63,741 nt of DNA, filler included, from Octopus bimaculoides (GCF_001194135.2; 6 parts of 6 records of this genome joined end to end with filler, not necessarily neighbours in it); one strand, 5' to 3'. Positions 26,715 through 40,026 are shown, counted from the whole stretch's first letter. Notes: generated from the sequence alone by a model not told the origin. Translations and numbers: made by a program.

Positions 26715-27940
26715 TATTTTAAATCTTAAGAAGGTCTTGCAGATTTTTACAGTCCCAGACAGCGTGATCAAATGCAGTGTATGAGTTGGGGATTTGCGTT
26801 CTCTTCCCAAGAACTCAAGTTCAGCAATACTTTGCTCTAGACGAGTTGGTTCTCGCTTTAAGATGCCAAATATTTTGTATTTCTCTTTCCAGGTACTTAT
26901 ATTTACTTAGTTTTTCAAATTCCTTTACAGATATATTTTTATCAATAGGAATACTTACATCTATTAGTCTACAAGTATTTTCTTCTCTATCTTTAATGAC
27001 TATGTCTGTTCGATTAGCCTGGATTGTTCTGTCGGTGTTGACTGGAAGATCCCAGAGGATAGTGACATTTTTACCTTTAACGACTGGCTCAGAACGCTGT
27101 TCCTACCAATAATCAAGAGTGCTGGTTTTGCAGTGTTTACATATATTCCAATGTAAATATTGTTACATACTATCGTGGCGATTTTTCTATTCGTTTGGTG
27201 TCAGGACAGGACATCCCGAGACGAGATGCTCTATTGCTTCATCAAATTTGTCGCAGAATCTGCATTTAGGGTCAGAACCGTTTTGAAGAACGTTAGTCAG
27301 ATAGTCCTGAGCTTCTCAGTCATTGATTGGTTGTTGCTTGGTCTACATCAGCGTTTCAGCTTCGAAGTATATACTGTCCATGCAAAGGCTTCTGGCTCCA
27401 CCGCTCCTCAATTTGTTTCTGTCCGTTCTGTTTTTGGAGTCTATTTGTTCCGTTTTGCTTTTTTCGTGGCAGGGGTTTCAGCTTCTTCATCGAATTCAGG
27501 GTTAATGTCAAGTTCCCTTGCGAATTTGCAAGCTTCCTTGACAAAAAAAAATGTGATTTTTTGCTGCTTTCGTATTTGCACACAAACCGCAACATCCAGT
27601 CCTCTTTACTAGATAAGTACTTGTTCATTGCTATTGTGGAGGTCTTATAGCACAGTTCTACCTGTTTCAGTCCTCTTCCCCTTTTACTTCTAGGTAGGTA
27701 CAGACGATCAGCGTCTGCGTTTGAGTGGTACATATTCTTAGTTGTTAGTAGTTTTCTTGTCTCCCTGTCCTGGCGTTGGAGTTCTGTAAGATTCCAGTTA
27801 ATGATGTTAAAACTGTTTTGGACTACTGGGAGTACCAGGGTGTTAATGGCTTCGATGCGATTTTTGGAGTTGAGTTCAGTTTTTAGTATGAGTCATATTA
27901 TTCTGTAATACTCCTTTCGTATTTTTTCCTTCATAGTAGC
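26715..27940 (-). mobile_element. R4/Dong-type LINE (RT thumb, CCHC finger, RLE), decayed
   Basis: KTELNSKNRIEAINTL..DRLYLPRSKRGRGLKQ..WSQKPLHGQY..CRFCDKFDEAIEHLVSGC..ANRTDI..IDVSIP..KLSKYKYL; (ATT)n at the 5' flank. Confidence 0.9.
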
Positions 27941-27984
27941 GTGTATTATTATTATTATCATTATTATTATTTTTTTATTTTTTT

Positions 27985-28590
27985 ATTTTTTTATTTCACG
28001 TCTCAGAGCTCTCGATTTCACTTGCTCCGGCTAATTCTGTTAGAGCGATCAATAACCCGTTGTCAAGTGTCTCACAGGGTCTCTTTCCACGTTTATGATA
28101 TATATCCAAGTAACAATTTCAAAATCCTCGCTATCCCCAATAAAGCAATTTTCTGGGGATGTTCTACCCTCATATCAATCCCAATTTCTCCAACAAATTC
28201 AATGGGTCTGCTTAAAGAATAACACTCCACGACAGCTATATTCATCGCCTTTGACCATCTTGTTCTAACAGCCATATAATGACGACCGAGCTTCTACTGT
28301 TCACCCACAAGACACCTCTCGAGCGAGAGTTCGTCACCCGATGTTCTGTCCTCATTTACGGGGTTGCTTGAATTCATTCGTTTGTCCATCCTTCTCATGC
28401 TGAGGAAAGCGGTGATAAGGTGTCACAACAAACCAGTATTTTTATAGAGACACCATCTTTAGAGGGGATTTGCCTCAAAGGACTCAAAAGGGCCCCTCTT
28501 ACTCTTAAAAGTTTTGAGTTATTCTGCGCAGGTCACCAACCCAGTACTCTGAGCGCCGCAGTTATAGAAATGTGTTGTTGTTGTTATTGC
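27985..28590 (-). mobile_element. Short internally deleted R4/Dong-type element (5' UTR + N-terminus fused in frame to C-terminus + 3' UTR)
   Basis: ORF 28093-28275 joins RWSKAMNIAVVECYSLSRPI (N-terminal motif) to VGEIGIDMRVEHPQKIALLGIARIL (C-terminal motif); triplet repeats on both flanks. Confidence 0.65.
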
Positions 28591-28599
28591 TTCTTTTTA

Positions 28600-28712
28600 T
28601 CTCAGGTTTTGCTGGTATTCCTGGAGTTTTGCCTGCGTAGCGGGCCTGCTGCCTGCAACCTGCGGTACTATGCTACCTGTTCTTCCAACTATCTAATACT
28701 TCCCTGATTATT
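28600..28712 (-). mobile_element. R4/Dong-type extreme 3' fragment
   Basis: IIREVLDSW.. plus UTR-like tail between (AAT)n and (CAA)n. Confidence 0.4.
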
Positions 28713-28721
28713 ATTAAGGCA

Positions 28722-28860
28722 GCATTTGCCTTTCATCCTTTCGGGGTCGATAAATTAAGTACCAGTTGCGCACTGGGGTCGATGTAATCGACTTAATCCG
28801 TTTGTCCGTCCTTGTTTGTCCCCTGCATGTAGCCCCTTGTGGGCAGTAAAGAAATAAGAA
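28722..28860 (+). mobile_element. SINE family B copy
   Basis: TTTGCCTTTCATCCTTTCGGGGTCGATAAATTAAGTACCAG..AAAGAAATAAG. Confidence 0.85.
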
Positions 28861-28924
28861 TTGTTATCGAGCCGGACAAAATGCTTAACGGCATTTCATC
28901 CGTCTTCAAGTTCTGAATTCAAAA

Positions 28925-29154
28925 TTCCTATTTCTTTATTGTCCACATGGGACTAAACATAGAGGGGACAAATAAGGACAGACAAAGGGATTAAGTCGAT
29001 TACATCGACCCCAGTGCGTAACTGGTACTTAATTTATCGACCTCGAAAGGATGAAAGGCAAAGTCGACCTCGGCGGAATTTGAACTCAGAACATAACGGC
29101 AGACGAAATACCGCTAAACATTTCTACCAGCTCGCTAACATTTCTACCAGCTCA
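28925..29154 (-). mobile_element. SINE family B copy, inverted relative to 28722-28860
   Basis: Reverse complement of the same core and tail. Confidence 0.85.
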
Positions 29155-29439
29155 NNNNNNNNNNNNNNNNNNNNNNNNNNNNNNNNNNNNNNNNNNNNNN
29201 NNNNNNNNNNNNNNNNNNNNNNNNNNNNNNNNNNNNNNNNNNNNNNNNNNNNNNNNNNNNNNNNNNNNNNNNNNNNNNNNNNNNNNNNNNNNNNNNNNNN
29301 NNNNNNNNNNNNNNNNNNNNNNNNNNNNNNNNNNNNNNNNNNNNNNNNNNNNNNNNNNNNNNNNNNNNNNNNNNNNNNNNNNNNNNNNNNNNNNNNNNNN
29401 NNNNNNNNNNNNNNNNNNNNNNNNNNNNNNNNNNNNNNN

Positions 29440-29470
<31 letters not shown>

Positions 29471-30052
29471 TCGTCGTCACCACCATCATCATCATCATCA
29501 GCAGCAGCAGCAGCATCGTCGTCATCGTCATTGCCATTCAGTTCCCTTTAGTTCAGTGTTCCTTCTGTTTTCAATTGCAACAAATGTTTTTTAGTTGGGT
29601 TGATGATATCATTACCTTCTGTTTGTAGTGTGTGTGTGTGTGTGTGCGTGTGTGTATGTGCTTTGCGTTTTTAAAGCAATAATAATAATAATAAAATTCA
29701 ATAAAATAGATTGACATCAGTTTTATTTGGTCCACATTCCATTGGATGATTAAATAAATACACGGAAATAACCTCAAGATTACGTTGTTGTTGCCGTTGT
29801 TGTTGTTGTTGTTGTTGTTGTTGTTGATGATAATGTTGCTTCTCTCCACCCATCCCCTCAGCCCCGTTATGTTGCTGAATGTGGCTTTGTGCTTGCGACT
29901 GGTTTTGAGATATTGATTCAAAAAAATGATGAAATAAATACAGAGAGATTTATTTGGGAAGCAGCAAAATCATAAGATTGTGTTTTCACTTAGTTTTTCT
30001 GTTTTTATGAATGATCAATATTATGTAGAAAAAAAAATAACATGCAATAGGC

Positions 30053-30362
30053 TGCGGGCATGGCAGTGTGGTTAAGAGACTCGCTTTGCAACCACGTGGT
30101 GTCGGGTTCGGTTCCACTGCGCGGCTCCTTGGACAAGCGTCTTCTACTGTAATACCAGGTCGAGAAATACCTTGAGTGTTAAGCCATCGTACAGTGTGTG
30201 TGCGCGCGCGCGTGTACGCGTTGTATTTCTGCGTGTCCCCTCAATATCACTTGGCAACCGGTGTGGGTTTGTTTATATCCTCTGTAAGTTAGCTGTTTGG
30301 CAAAAGAGGCCAATAGAATACGAGTAGGGTCAAATTTTAAAAGAAATAATTACTGGGGGTCG
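30053..30362 (+). mobile_element. SINE family A (long form)
   Basis: GGCATGGCAGTGTGGTTAAG..GGTTCGGTTCCACTGC..TTGGACAAG, then internal microsatellite and 3' module. Confidence 0.7.
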
Positions 30363-31388
30363 AACAACAACAATAACAACAACACCATCCTTCGGCATAC
30401 AATCTGCGTACTTTATATCACTATTTTAGTAAGTAAGGTCAGACAGTAGGTGGCAGAATCAGTAGAGCGATTGAATTTAGTTACACCTCCTTGAGCTCTG
30501 AGTTCAAATCTTGCAGGGATTGACTTCTCTGCTTTATCAGATGACAGCATAAGTACTAGTCAAGTACTAAAATGCAGTCTAATGGATTATAATCTCCCAA
30601 ACCCACAGTAGTTGAAATCTGGAATATAAAGTCCTTTCTTGATTTGGTTTAATTTGAAATCTTAAAGTGTAATTCTTTGAATGCTCTTCAATGTAAAATA
30701 TCTGTCAATAATGGCGGAAACATTGGCAAACAGACTGAAAATGATGAGATTTAGCTTTAAAACTATTAAGTATTCAACGGAATGACCCCTAACTATAATT
30801 TAATATTTTAATTTGGAAATTTAATTAAGTGCTTTGCGTTGAATTAGCATTTTATCCTAATTAATTCTCCTGAGTAATGTTGCACTATATGATACCAACG
30901 CAAATAAAACACTTAGACATCTTTATTCTATGATATTTAAATGTTAGTTTAGAGAATAAACAAGTAACTCTATCATGTAATCTGCATGGTAACCATTAGT
31001 TATGTTATTATTGGTAAGAAGCTTCGGCAAAAGAGACCGATGGAATAAGTACTGGGCTTACAAAGAATAAATCCTGTGGTCAATTTGTTCGACTAAAGGC
31101 GGTGCTCCAGCATGGCTGCAATCAAATGACTGAAACAAGTAAAAGAATAAAATAATATTTGATACAAAGATAATTAAAAATTACATATTTTGCTGATGCG
31201 GTTGTAATAAAACCAAATGACGACCAAGCAAATATTATGGATGTGAGTTCAAATTACAATCATGACAAAGTATAGTCTTTTATATTACAATTTGTTTACA
31301 AATTATAATTTAATCACTAATGCTATGGAGAAAGGGTACGTTCCACACACACACACACACACACACACATATTTTGATCTAATTAATA

Positions 31389-31488
31389 NNNNNNNNNNNN
31401 NNNNNNNNNNNNNNNNNNNNNNNNNNNNNNNNTTAATTAATTAANNNNNNNNNNNNNNNNNNNNNNNNNNNNNNNNNNNNNNNNNNNN
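31389..31488. other. Artificial scaffold join (44 N + TTAATTAATTAA + 44 N)
   Basis: Same structure as 25344-25443. Confidence 0.95.
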
Positions 31489-31684
31489 TAGGAACGAGGA
31501 AGATATGTTTGAATTTTTGGAAATAAGGCTCTAAATAGAGCTATTTCCGATTTGAAAAATATATGTTCACGAAGTATTTTGTGTTATACACAACTTATAC
31601 AAAATTTTAAAACAAAATAGGTCTTTTAAGAGGTGAAAAATGCAACTTACATGGGAGCCGATGTGTCTACCGTCCGTCCATGAT

Positions 31685-31857
<173 letters not shown>

Positions 31858-33175
31858 CGAAAGTGATATAGGTAGGATGGATGCATTGACTAATGTGTTC
31901 AGTCTTCTATGTACTATATCTGGTTAAAAATGAGATGGCCACGGCTGGAACTGACTAGATCAATACCGACTGAGCTCATCTGAGCAAAAACAAACATGAA
32001 AATTCTAATATTAGATGATCTTAATCACATAGAGATTAAGATTAGAGATTAGGCATATATCTAATACAGACACACAGACACACAGACAGGTAAAACTACG
32101 TTGCGTACATTGTTGAACTTACTGTAGGTGTGAATTAAATAGAAGATAACTAGGAATGTATTATAGTAGATATTGTTGTTCTTCGCTTATTAGACAACGG
32201 CCATGCTGGGGCACCGCATTGAAGAAGCATAGCATAGTGGAACGAATCGACAACAGTAATTATTTTTTAAGTCTCTAACTTTTTGCCGAACCGCTAGCAA
32301 GGACATAAATAGACCAACGCTGGCTATCAAACGTTAGTGGGAGCAAACACAGATAGACAGACAGACACACGCACACGTACACACACACATACACACACAT
32401 ACACACACACATATATATATAATATATATATATGTGCTCGAAATGAGACACAGTTTAGGGCAGCGATGTCAAATTCTCTTATACNNNNNNNNNNNNNNNN
32501 NNNNNNNNNNNNNNNNNNNNNNNNNNNNNNNNNNNNNNNNNNNNNNNNNNNNNNNNNNNNNNNNNNNNNNNNNNNNNNNNNNNNAAATTCTTCAACCTTA
32601 CCTTTTCTCTCTTTATCTTTTTGTTTTTATATATGTAGATTCTATTGAACAGGATTAGGGTTGAATTAATGAATTAATGAATTAAGCGCTGTTACAGAAT
32701 ATATGTAGATTCTATTGAACATAGTTTGTAACAAAGAGGCCCAAGCAATATATATTTACGAACAATACCTTCGTGGACAGATACAGTGAGAATAGCTAGA
32801 GTAGTTACAATCCTCCGTTGGGATATCCTTAGCGACTGTGCACTTTTGAACTGATCACGTAAACGTTGATTGCAAAATGACAATTACTAAAAGTATAGGT
32901 AAATTTTATTGACCATTGTGCATTAGTGGAAGCTAGCTGGGTTAGTGATTTATCGCTACTATTTGTCGAAAGTCTAAGTTACTGGTATATCCAACGCTGG
33001 TAGACAAAGGTAAAGAAAGATACACACACACATACACATGCATATATAAAATAATTATGAATATGATGACAATAATTATATTGATGACGATGATGATAAA
33101 AATTATATTATATTTATCATCATGGTCTTCACCGTCGTCAGCGATATAATCATCATCACTTTCACAATTATTATA

Positions 33176-34232
33176 TACTAGCTGAATAGCCCGTCGTTGC
33201 CGGTCTATTTTTACAATAGAATGTCTTATATAATTTTTTGTTTATTCTATGTCAGACCATCCCTTCCCCAACAGAAAGACTTCTTGATCAGGAAAGATTT
33301 GTGCACTTTTTCGCAAAAAAACTTCGTTGAGGATTTTTTTTTTCCTTTTTAAATTATTTACATGTTTGTTCAACCGTTTCACATGACTTTATTCATTAAA
33401 ACTTATTGAAACTTCAGAAGTTCTTACAACTTTGGTTGTCGTAACGCTTTGCTTTCGTTTGTTTAATAAAAATTCTTCCTTGTAATGATTTTGCTTTAAT
33501 TTTGTGATACACAGTTATCATGCAGAAAAACCAGCTTCCAAATCCTGTTTTCTGATTACGTAAAATTGANNNNNNNNNNNNNNNNNNNNNNNNNNNNNNN
33601 NNNNNNNNNNNNNNNNNNNNNNNNNNNNNNNNNNNNNNNNNNNNNNNNNNNNNNNNNNNNNNNNNNNNNNNNNNNNNNNNNNNNNNNNNNNNNNNNNNNN
33701 NNNNNNNNNNNNNNNNNNNNNNNNNNNNNNNNNNNNNNNNNNNNNNNNNNNNNNNNNNNNNNNNNNNNNNNNNNNNNNNNNNNNNNNNNNNNNNNNNNNN
33801 NNNNNNNNNNNNNNNNNNNNNNNNNNNNNNNNNNNNNNNNNNNNNNNNNNNNNNNNNNNNNNNNNNNNNNNNNNNNNNNNNNNNNNNNNNNNNNNNNNNN
33901 NNNNNNNNNNNNNNNNNNNNNNNNNNNNNNNNNNNNNNNNNNNNNNNNNNNNNNNNNNNNNNNNNNNNNNNNNNNNNNNNNNNNNNNNNNNNNNNNNNNN
34001 NNNNNNNNNNNNNNNNNNNNNNNNNNNNNNNNNNNNNNNNNNNNNNNNNNNNNNNNNNNNNNNNNNNNNNNNNNNNNNNNNNNNNNNNNNNNNNNNNNNN
34101 NNNNNNNNNNNNNNNNNNNNNNNNNNNNNNNNNNNNCCCCCTCTCTCCTTAAAGCTACGTGTTCCTCACACTCACCTTTCTTTCCTTTCCTCGTCGCTTT
34201 AAAAGTTAGTTGTGTGTATGTGCATATGTGTG

Positions 34233-34276
<44 letters not shown>

Positions 34277-34620
34277 ATGTCTCTATGTATTTAAGAAAGT
34301 ATGCATGCAGCGTCACGTGTATATCCGTAAACGGCAGCTGCCTTAACGTTAACACCCCACAGCCACTCCACAATTGTCGCTTACACAAAGCTGTTCTCCC
34401 CTTCCTTGACATTATACACACTCACTATGCCACCACATTTCCCTCAGACTAACAATCTTGCACCCTTCTCATTTTATCAAATAATAGCGAGGGGTGTCAT
34501 TATGGATTTTTTTTTTATGAAATCCAATCAGCCTATTCAACATTTATGCAAAGTTTCGTCAAGATAGGCGGCAAAATGGTAACAGACAGGTCGATAGACA
34601 GAAATTGTCATTTATGTATA
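33176..34620 (+). mobile_element. Possible Helentron/HINE-like non-autonomous element (gap inside)
   Basis: Starts TACTAGCTGAATAGCCCGTCGTTGCCGG; ends CAAAGTTTCGTCAAGATAGG..ACAGACAG..ACAGAAATTG..TTTATGTAT; recognised by resemblance only. Confidence 0.4.
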
Positions 34621-34775
34621 ATATGTGTGAGCATGAAGATTAACCTTGTTATAATCATTACCAATGAGTGAGAGAGCAAAGCATGCCATCAAAGTGACAT
34701 TGGGGTACAAATACATGAAGCCCAATATACCCATCAGAGTACACTGGGCACATGCATCACAACCATATGTGTGCG

Positions 34776-34853
<78 letters not shown>
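34776..34853. repeat. (ATT)n microsatellite
   Basis: Direct reading. Confidence 0.97.
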
Positions 34854-34855
<2 letters not shown>

Positions 34856-34965
34856 TGCAATGAACTGTCAGAATCGTTAGCCCGTTGAGAAATGCCACTC
34901 AGCAGAGTGGCATTTCTTCCGGAACTTTACGTCCTTGATTCAGATACACCTGAAGGCGAAATAAA

Positions 34966-35034
<69 letters not shown>

Positions 35035-35679
35035 CCTTGCCATGTGGGCAAAAGACCTGAAATTTGAGGAAGTGGGGGTTTGATAGACTACATCAACCTC
35101 AGTACTTGACTGGTACGTATTTTATCGATCTCGAAAGGATANNNNNNNNNNNNNNNNNNNNNNNNNNNNNNNNNNNNNNNNNNNNNNNNNNNNNNNNNNN
35201 NNNNNNNNNNNNNNNNNNNNNNNNNNNNNNNNNNNNNNNNNNNNNNNNNNNNNNNNNNNNNNNNNNNNNNNNNNNNNNNNNNNNNNNNNNNNNNNNNNNN
35301 NNNNNNNNNNNNNNNNNNNNNNNNNNNNNNNNNNNNNNNNNNNNNNNNNNNNNNNNNNNNNNNNNNNNNNNNNNNNNNNNNNNNNNNNNNNNNNNNNNNN
35401 NNNNNNNNNNNNNNNNNNNNNNNNNNNNNNNNNNNNNNNNNNNNNNNNNNNNNNNNNNNNNNNNNNNNNNNNNNNNNNNNNNNNNNNNNNNNNNNNNNNN
35501 NNNNNNNNNNNNNNNNNNNNNNNNNNNNNNNNNNNNNNNNNNNNNNNNNNNNNNNNNNNNNNNNNNNNNNNNNNNNNNNNNNNNNNNNNNNNNNNNNNNN
35601 NNNNNNNNNNNNNNNNNNNNNNNNNNNNNNNNNNNNNNNNTGATTCCGCCAGCTCGCCGACTTAATAATAATAATAATA

Positions 35680-35726
<47 letters not shown>

Positions 35727-36851
35727 ATTATTATCATTATTATCAATAATAATAATAATAATAATAATAATAACTAGCTGGACGCGTGAAAAATTCACGG
35801 AAAACATTAAAAATGTAAGCATCTGTAAACAGTGTATTGGTGCCATAAGAAATGTTTGTATATTAAGACCGTCTGTCTTTACGTTCTGAGTTCAAATTCT
35901 GCCGAAGTCGACTTAGCCTTTCGTCCTTTCGGGGTAAATAAATTAAGTATCAGTTGTGTACTGAGGGTCGATCTAATCAATTGGCTCCCTCCCCACAAAA
36001 AGTTCAGGCCTAGAAAAGAATATTGTGAGAGTTACAGAATATAGAATGTAATGTAACACCAATGACTATATAATCCCACCAAAATATCTCAATTACACAA
36101 ACGTAAACAGAATTACTGTTTAACCTTAAAATACATCGTACATATTCAAAGAACCTTAATGTACAAATTGAAATGCAAAAGAACGAAATAATAAATGGAT
36201 TTATGAATGAAAGTTTGCTAATTGCGTTTTTTTACAACACGCTATACTTATTATTGCAAACATGTTTTAAGTAACCTAAACTATACACACACACAAATAC
36301 ATTCATATATACGTCTTGAGTTGTAACTGTGATTCGAAGGGGCCAGCCTTGTCATATTCTGTGTGAGACTGAATTTCTCTGAGAACTACGTTAATGTTAT
36401 GCATGTCTGTGGAGTACTCAGTCACTTTGTGAGTTAATTTTATCGTCGTATGGTAATGAAAAGTGAAATTGACATCCAATATTTGCTGTGTCTATGTATC
36501 TGTGTGAACTTTTCTTTTGATTTACGTATCTACTGTCTCTCTCACTTTCTGTCTTTCACTTTCACTTCCTTTGTGTCCTTCTTCTCTCCCGTTTTTGATT
36601 TAACAATGTGTATATGTATCTATGTATCTACTTCTCTTGCGATGTGATAAACATTTAAGACACAAAACAAACGCCGTCACCATTCAATGTCTCTTTCTCG
36701 TTCTCTCTCACTTTTCTCTCTCTCTCTCTCTTTCTCTCCCATTCTCTCACTTTCTCTCTCTCTCTTACTTCCTCTCTGTCCTCTTCTCTCTCGCTTTGCC
36801 ACTTCTTTGAAGTGAGTGTGACGCACGCAACAGGTACGTACAAAAACAAAA

Positions 36852-36854
<3 letters not shown>

Positions 36855-36920
<66 letters not shown>

Positions 36921-36960
36921 TAATTATTATAATAATAATAATAATAATAATAATGATAAT

Positions 36961-37013
<53 letters not shown>

Positions 37014-37026
37014 TAATAATAATAAT
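36855..37026. repeat. Long (AAT)n microsatellite running into a join
   Basis: Direct reading. Confidence 0.97.
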
Positions 37027-37126
37027 NNNNNNNNNNNNNNNNNNNNNNNNNNNNNNNNNNNNNNNNNNNNTTAATTAATTAANNNNNNNNNNNNNNNNNN
37101 NNNNNNNNNNNNNNNNNNNNNNNNNN
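37027..37126. other. Artificial scaffold join (44 N + TTAATTAATTAA + 44 N)
   Basis: Same structure; lies 540 bp upstream of the first visible CYP exon. Confidence 0.95.
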
Positions 37127-37175
37127 TATATATAAAGTGTATATATTCATATATGCCTGTATGCTTGTATTATAC

Positions 37176-37216
<41 letters not shown>

Positions 37217-37666
37217 AAGATATGTGTGTATATATGTATGCATGTGTGTATGTGTATACATATATTGATATAGATATATCCTTTATGTGTATCTATGTAT
37301 GTGTATGCATGTATTGTATGTGTGTACGTACGACTGTTATTGTGCTAGTGTTGTATTTAGAGCTCCACGTAGATCATTCTCATCAACCAGTTCGCTTCCA
37401 TTATATTCGCTCGGTTTAATTACTACGGTACTCCATAATATTGCTGGGTACACTGTTAAGGTCCAGCACCAAATTACGTTTGGAGCACCCAATGCAGAGG
37501 ATCGAAATAGCCACAACGTTGAAACGTACGTAGGTGTATAGTCTATGTTTAACACAATTTCTCTGTCTCGCTCTCTCTCTCACACATACACACATATGAT
37601 GTATGTATGTACGTAATATATAAATATATATTTATCTATTTATTTATTTTTCTTGTGTTTTTCTAG

Positions 37667-37755
37667 GATTTGCCTAATTACGACAATGTTCAGAAGTTAC
37701 ATTACCTTGACATGTGTTTGAATGAGACATTAAGGCTGTACCCGGTTGCAACCGC
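37667..37755 (+). CDS. Cytochrome P450 (clan 3, CYP3A-like), internal exon with K-helix
   Basis: Polypyrimidine tract + TTCTAG| DLPNYDNVQKLHYLDMCLNETLRLYPVAT(A) |GTACGT; ExxR motif ETLR; phase 0 to 2. Confidence 0.92.
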
Positions 37756-38051
37756 GTACGTTACTCCTGCCTTTTCTTTTCTGATATGCACATTTTTTAC
37801 ATGACCAAAGTTTTCTGTATTTGCGAAGCATGCTTTTTTTTTATTCTCTCTCCTTTTGTTTTTTCATTCTTCGTTTATTACTCGTTTTTTGAATTGTCTG
37901 TTTGTTGAAATGACTGTATATGTGTGTGTGTGCGTGTGTGTGTATGTATGTTTGTGTATAAATATATATATGCATGGGTGTGTATATATATATATATGTG
38001 TGTGTGCTTGTATATGTATGTATGTGCGTATATATGTGTCTGTGTGTATAA

Positions 38052-38097
<46 letters not shown>

Positions 38098-38193
38098 NNN
38101 NNNNNNNNNNNNNNNNNNNNNNNNNNNNNNNNNNNNNNNNNNNNNNNNNNNNNNNNNNNNNNNNNNNNNNNNNNNNNNNNNNNNNNNNNNNNN

Positions 38194-38287
<94 letters not shown>

Positions 38288-39456
38288 CATACATATATAC
38301 ATCCATTCATGTATATACAGTTTCAGTCCACAAGGAAAATTCTATCTCTACATTCAGCACGTTTGAACTAACTGAGCGATGCCAGATACATTTCTCATAC
38401 CATGAAACTTAAAGTAGTTTACTGCAAACAATGTGTTGTATATAAAATATTAGTAACTTTCAAATGTATTGAGTGCGTAAATTTGCGGAATCTATCAATA
38501 AACGAACAGAACACTATACATATAAAGAGCATTGTTCGGTAACCAATACCAAACATTGGAAGCGGCCGTGGAATTGAAATAAACTTGTAAAGACACTAAT
38601 GGTGGTGCACCAACATGATCCCAAAGAAACATAAAGCTATATAGACAGACAGACAGAAAAGATACGGAAAGATAGACAGTGCCAAAGAAAGAGAGGAATG
38701 AGAGAGAGTGAGATTGATAAATAGATATGCATGAGATAAACACTTTTTTCTTAAGGGTGCTGCTGTAATCCGTTTCCGAACGCCAGAGTCTAGGTGACAT
38801 CATGTGTAGTTGTTCCGTGGTTGTTTCAGCTCGTTTCACTCCGACACCAGAATATAAAACAGACTGTGAGATATTCTTCTTCCTCTTAATATACTATGAG
38901 TAGGCTGTTTAGTAGATAAGATAACTAGAATACTTATTGCTTAAACTGTCGGAGAGATCCAACCTATGAAAAATAAAACGTGTTCAGAATATTTTCCCAG
39001 TAGGAAAACTGTGGTTTAGCAAATTTTCATATTCTCTGTGTTGCAGTGATTGCATGGTTTCATATTTCTTAGGTCATGCATTTTTTAGGATTTATCAGTT
39101 TAGGCAGAAAAGTATAGACTTATTCTTCAGTTCTCATATATACGAGGCTCGTGATGTTTTGGTTTGCTCTGTCGGGAGATTTTCGCACATTTAAAATCCA
39201 CCAATGGATGCAACCAAACATTGCCTGGTGTTTAAGCAAATAAAACTCAACGTTGAAACTGAATGAGAATCTATTTACAATTGATTGTTTCTCTCCTCCA
39301 GATTGCATACACTTATTACACTCGGTGTAGTGTGTATGTATATTGTATATCTGTGAGTGCCTGTGTATGTGTGTGAGCGATGGCAGTTGAAAAATTGTAA
39401 TAAACTATCATTTTTGTTTTTGCTCATATTTGTATACTTTTTCACCACTGTACCAG

Positions 39457-39594
39457 ACTGGATCGTCAGTGTAAAAACACATGCACAATAAACGGTGTAA
39501 AGATTCCCGAAGGTATAACTGTCAAGATCGGCGTGTATGCTCTGCATTATAATCCGAAATACTGGCCTGAACCAGAAAAATTTATTCCAGAAAG
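39457..39594 (+). CDS. Cytochrome P450 exon with meander/PERF region
   Basis: ACCAG| [46 protein letters not shown] |GTAATA; 138 bp, phase 2 to 2. Confidence 0.95.
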
Positions 39595-39856
39595 GTAATA
39601 CTTTCAATTAATCTTTCATCCTTAATCTGCAGACATCGTCGTGTTGCTAGAGAGTTTGATACTCTGCCGCGATGTCTTTCTGGTTACGATCCTACAGCGC
39701 GATATCTTGTCAAGAAACCTAAACACCTATGTCTATTAACAATGTACTACTAATGTAGTCTAATTTCATCAAATTCAGTTATTTTACTCGTGAGAACTTA
39801 CCACGCTTCAACTCTATGCTACTATCATATAATCGTTTTTTTATAAAAATCATACA

Positions 39857-40026
39857 CAGGCGCAGGCAAGTCTGTGTGGTTAAGAAGCTCGCTTCGAAAC
39901 CATGTGCTTTCAGTTTTAATTCTGTGCGGTACTATACACCCATGAGGGATGGTCTTCTATAGATCCGGGCAGAGTAATTCATGTAAGTGAATTTGGTAGA
40001 AACCTGTGTGGAAAACCGCCTTGTAT
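39857..40026 (+). mobile_element. SINE family A in CYP intron
   Basis: AGGCGCAGGCAAGTCTGTGTGGTTAAGAAGCTCGCTT..GGTAGAAACCTG. Confidence 0.7.

Noticed and set aside
32745-32850. Cys-containing minus-strand peptide KCTVAKDIPTEDCNYSSYSHCICPR as a downstream ENaC exon
   Set aside because: Cys spacing does not fit the thumb domain, the acceptor is weak, and it lies beyond the CYP gene and a join.
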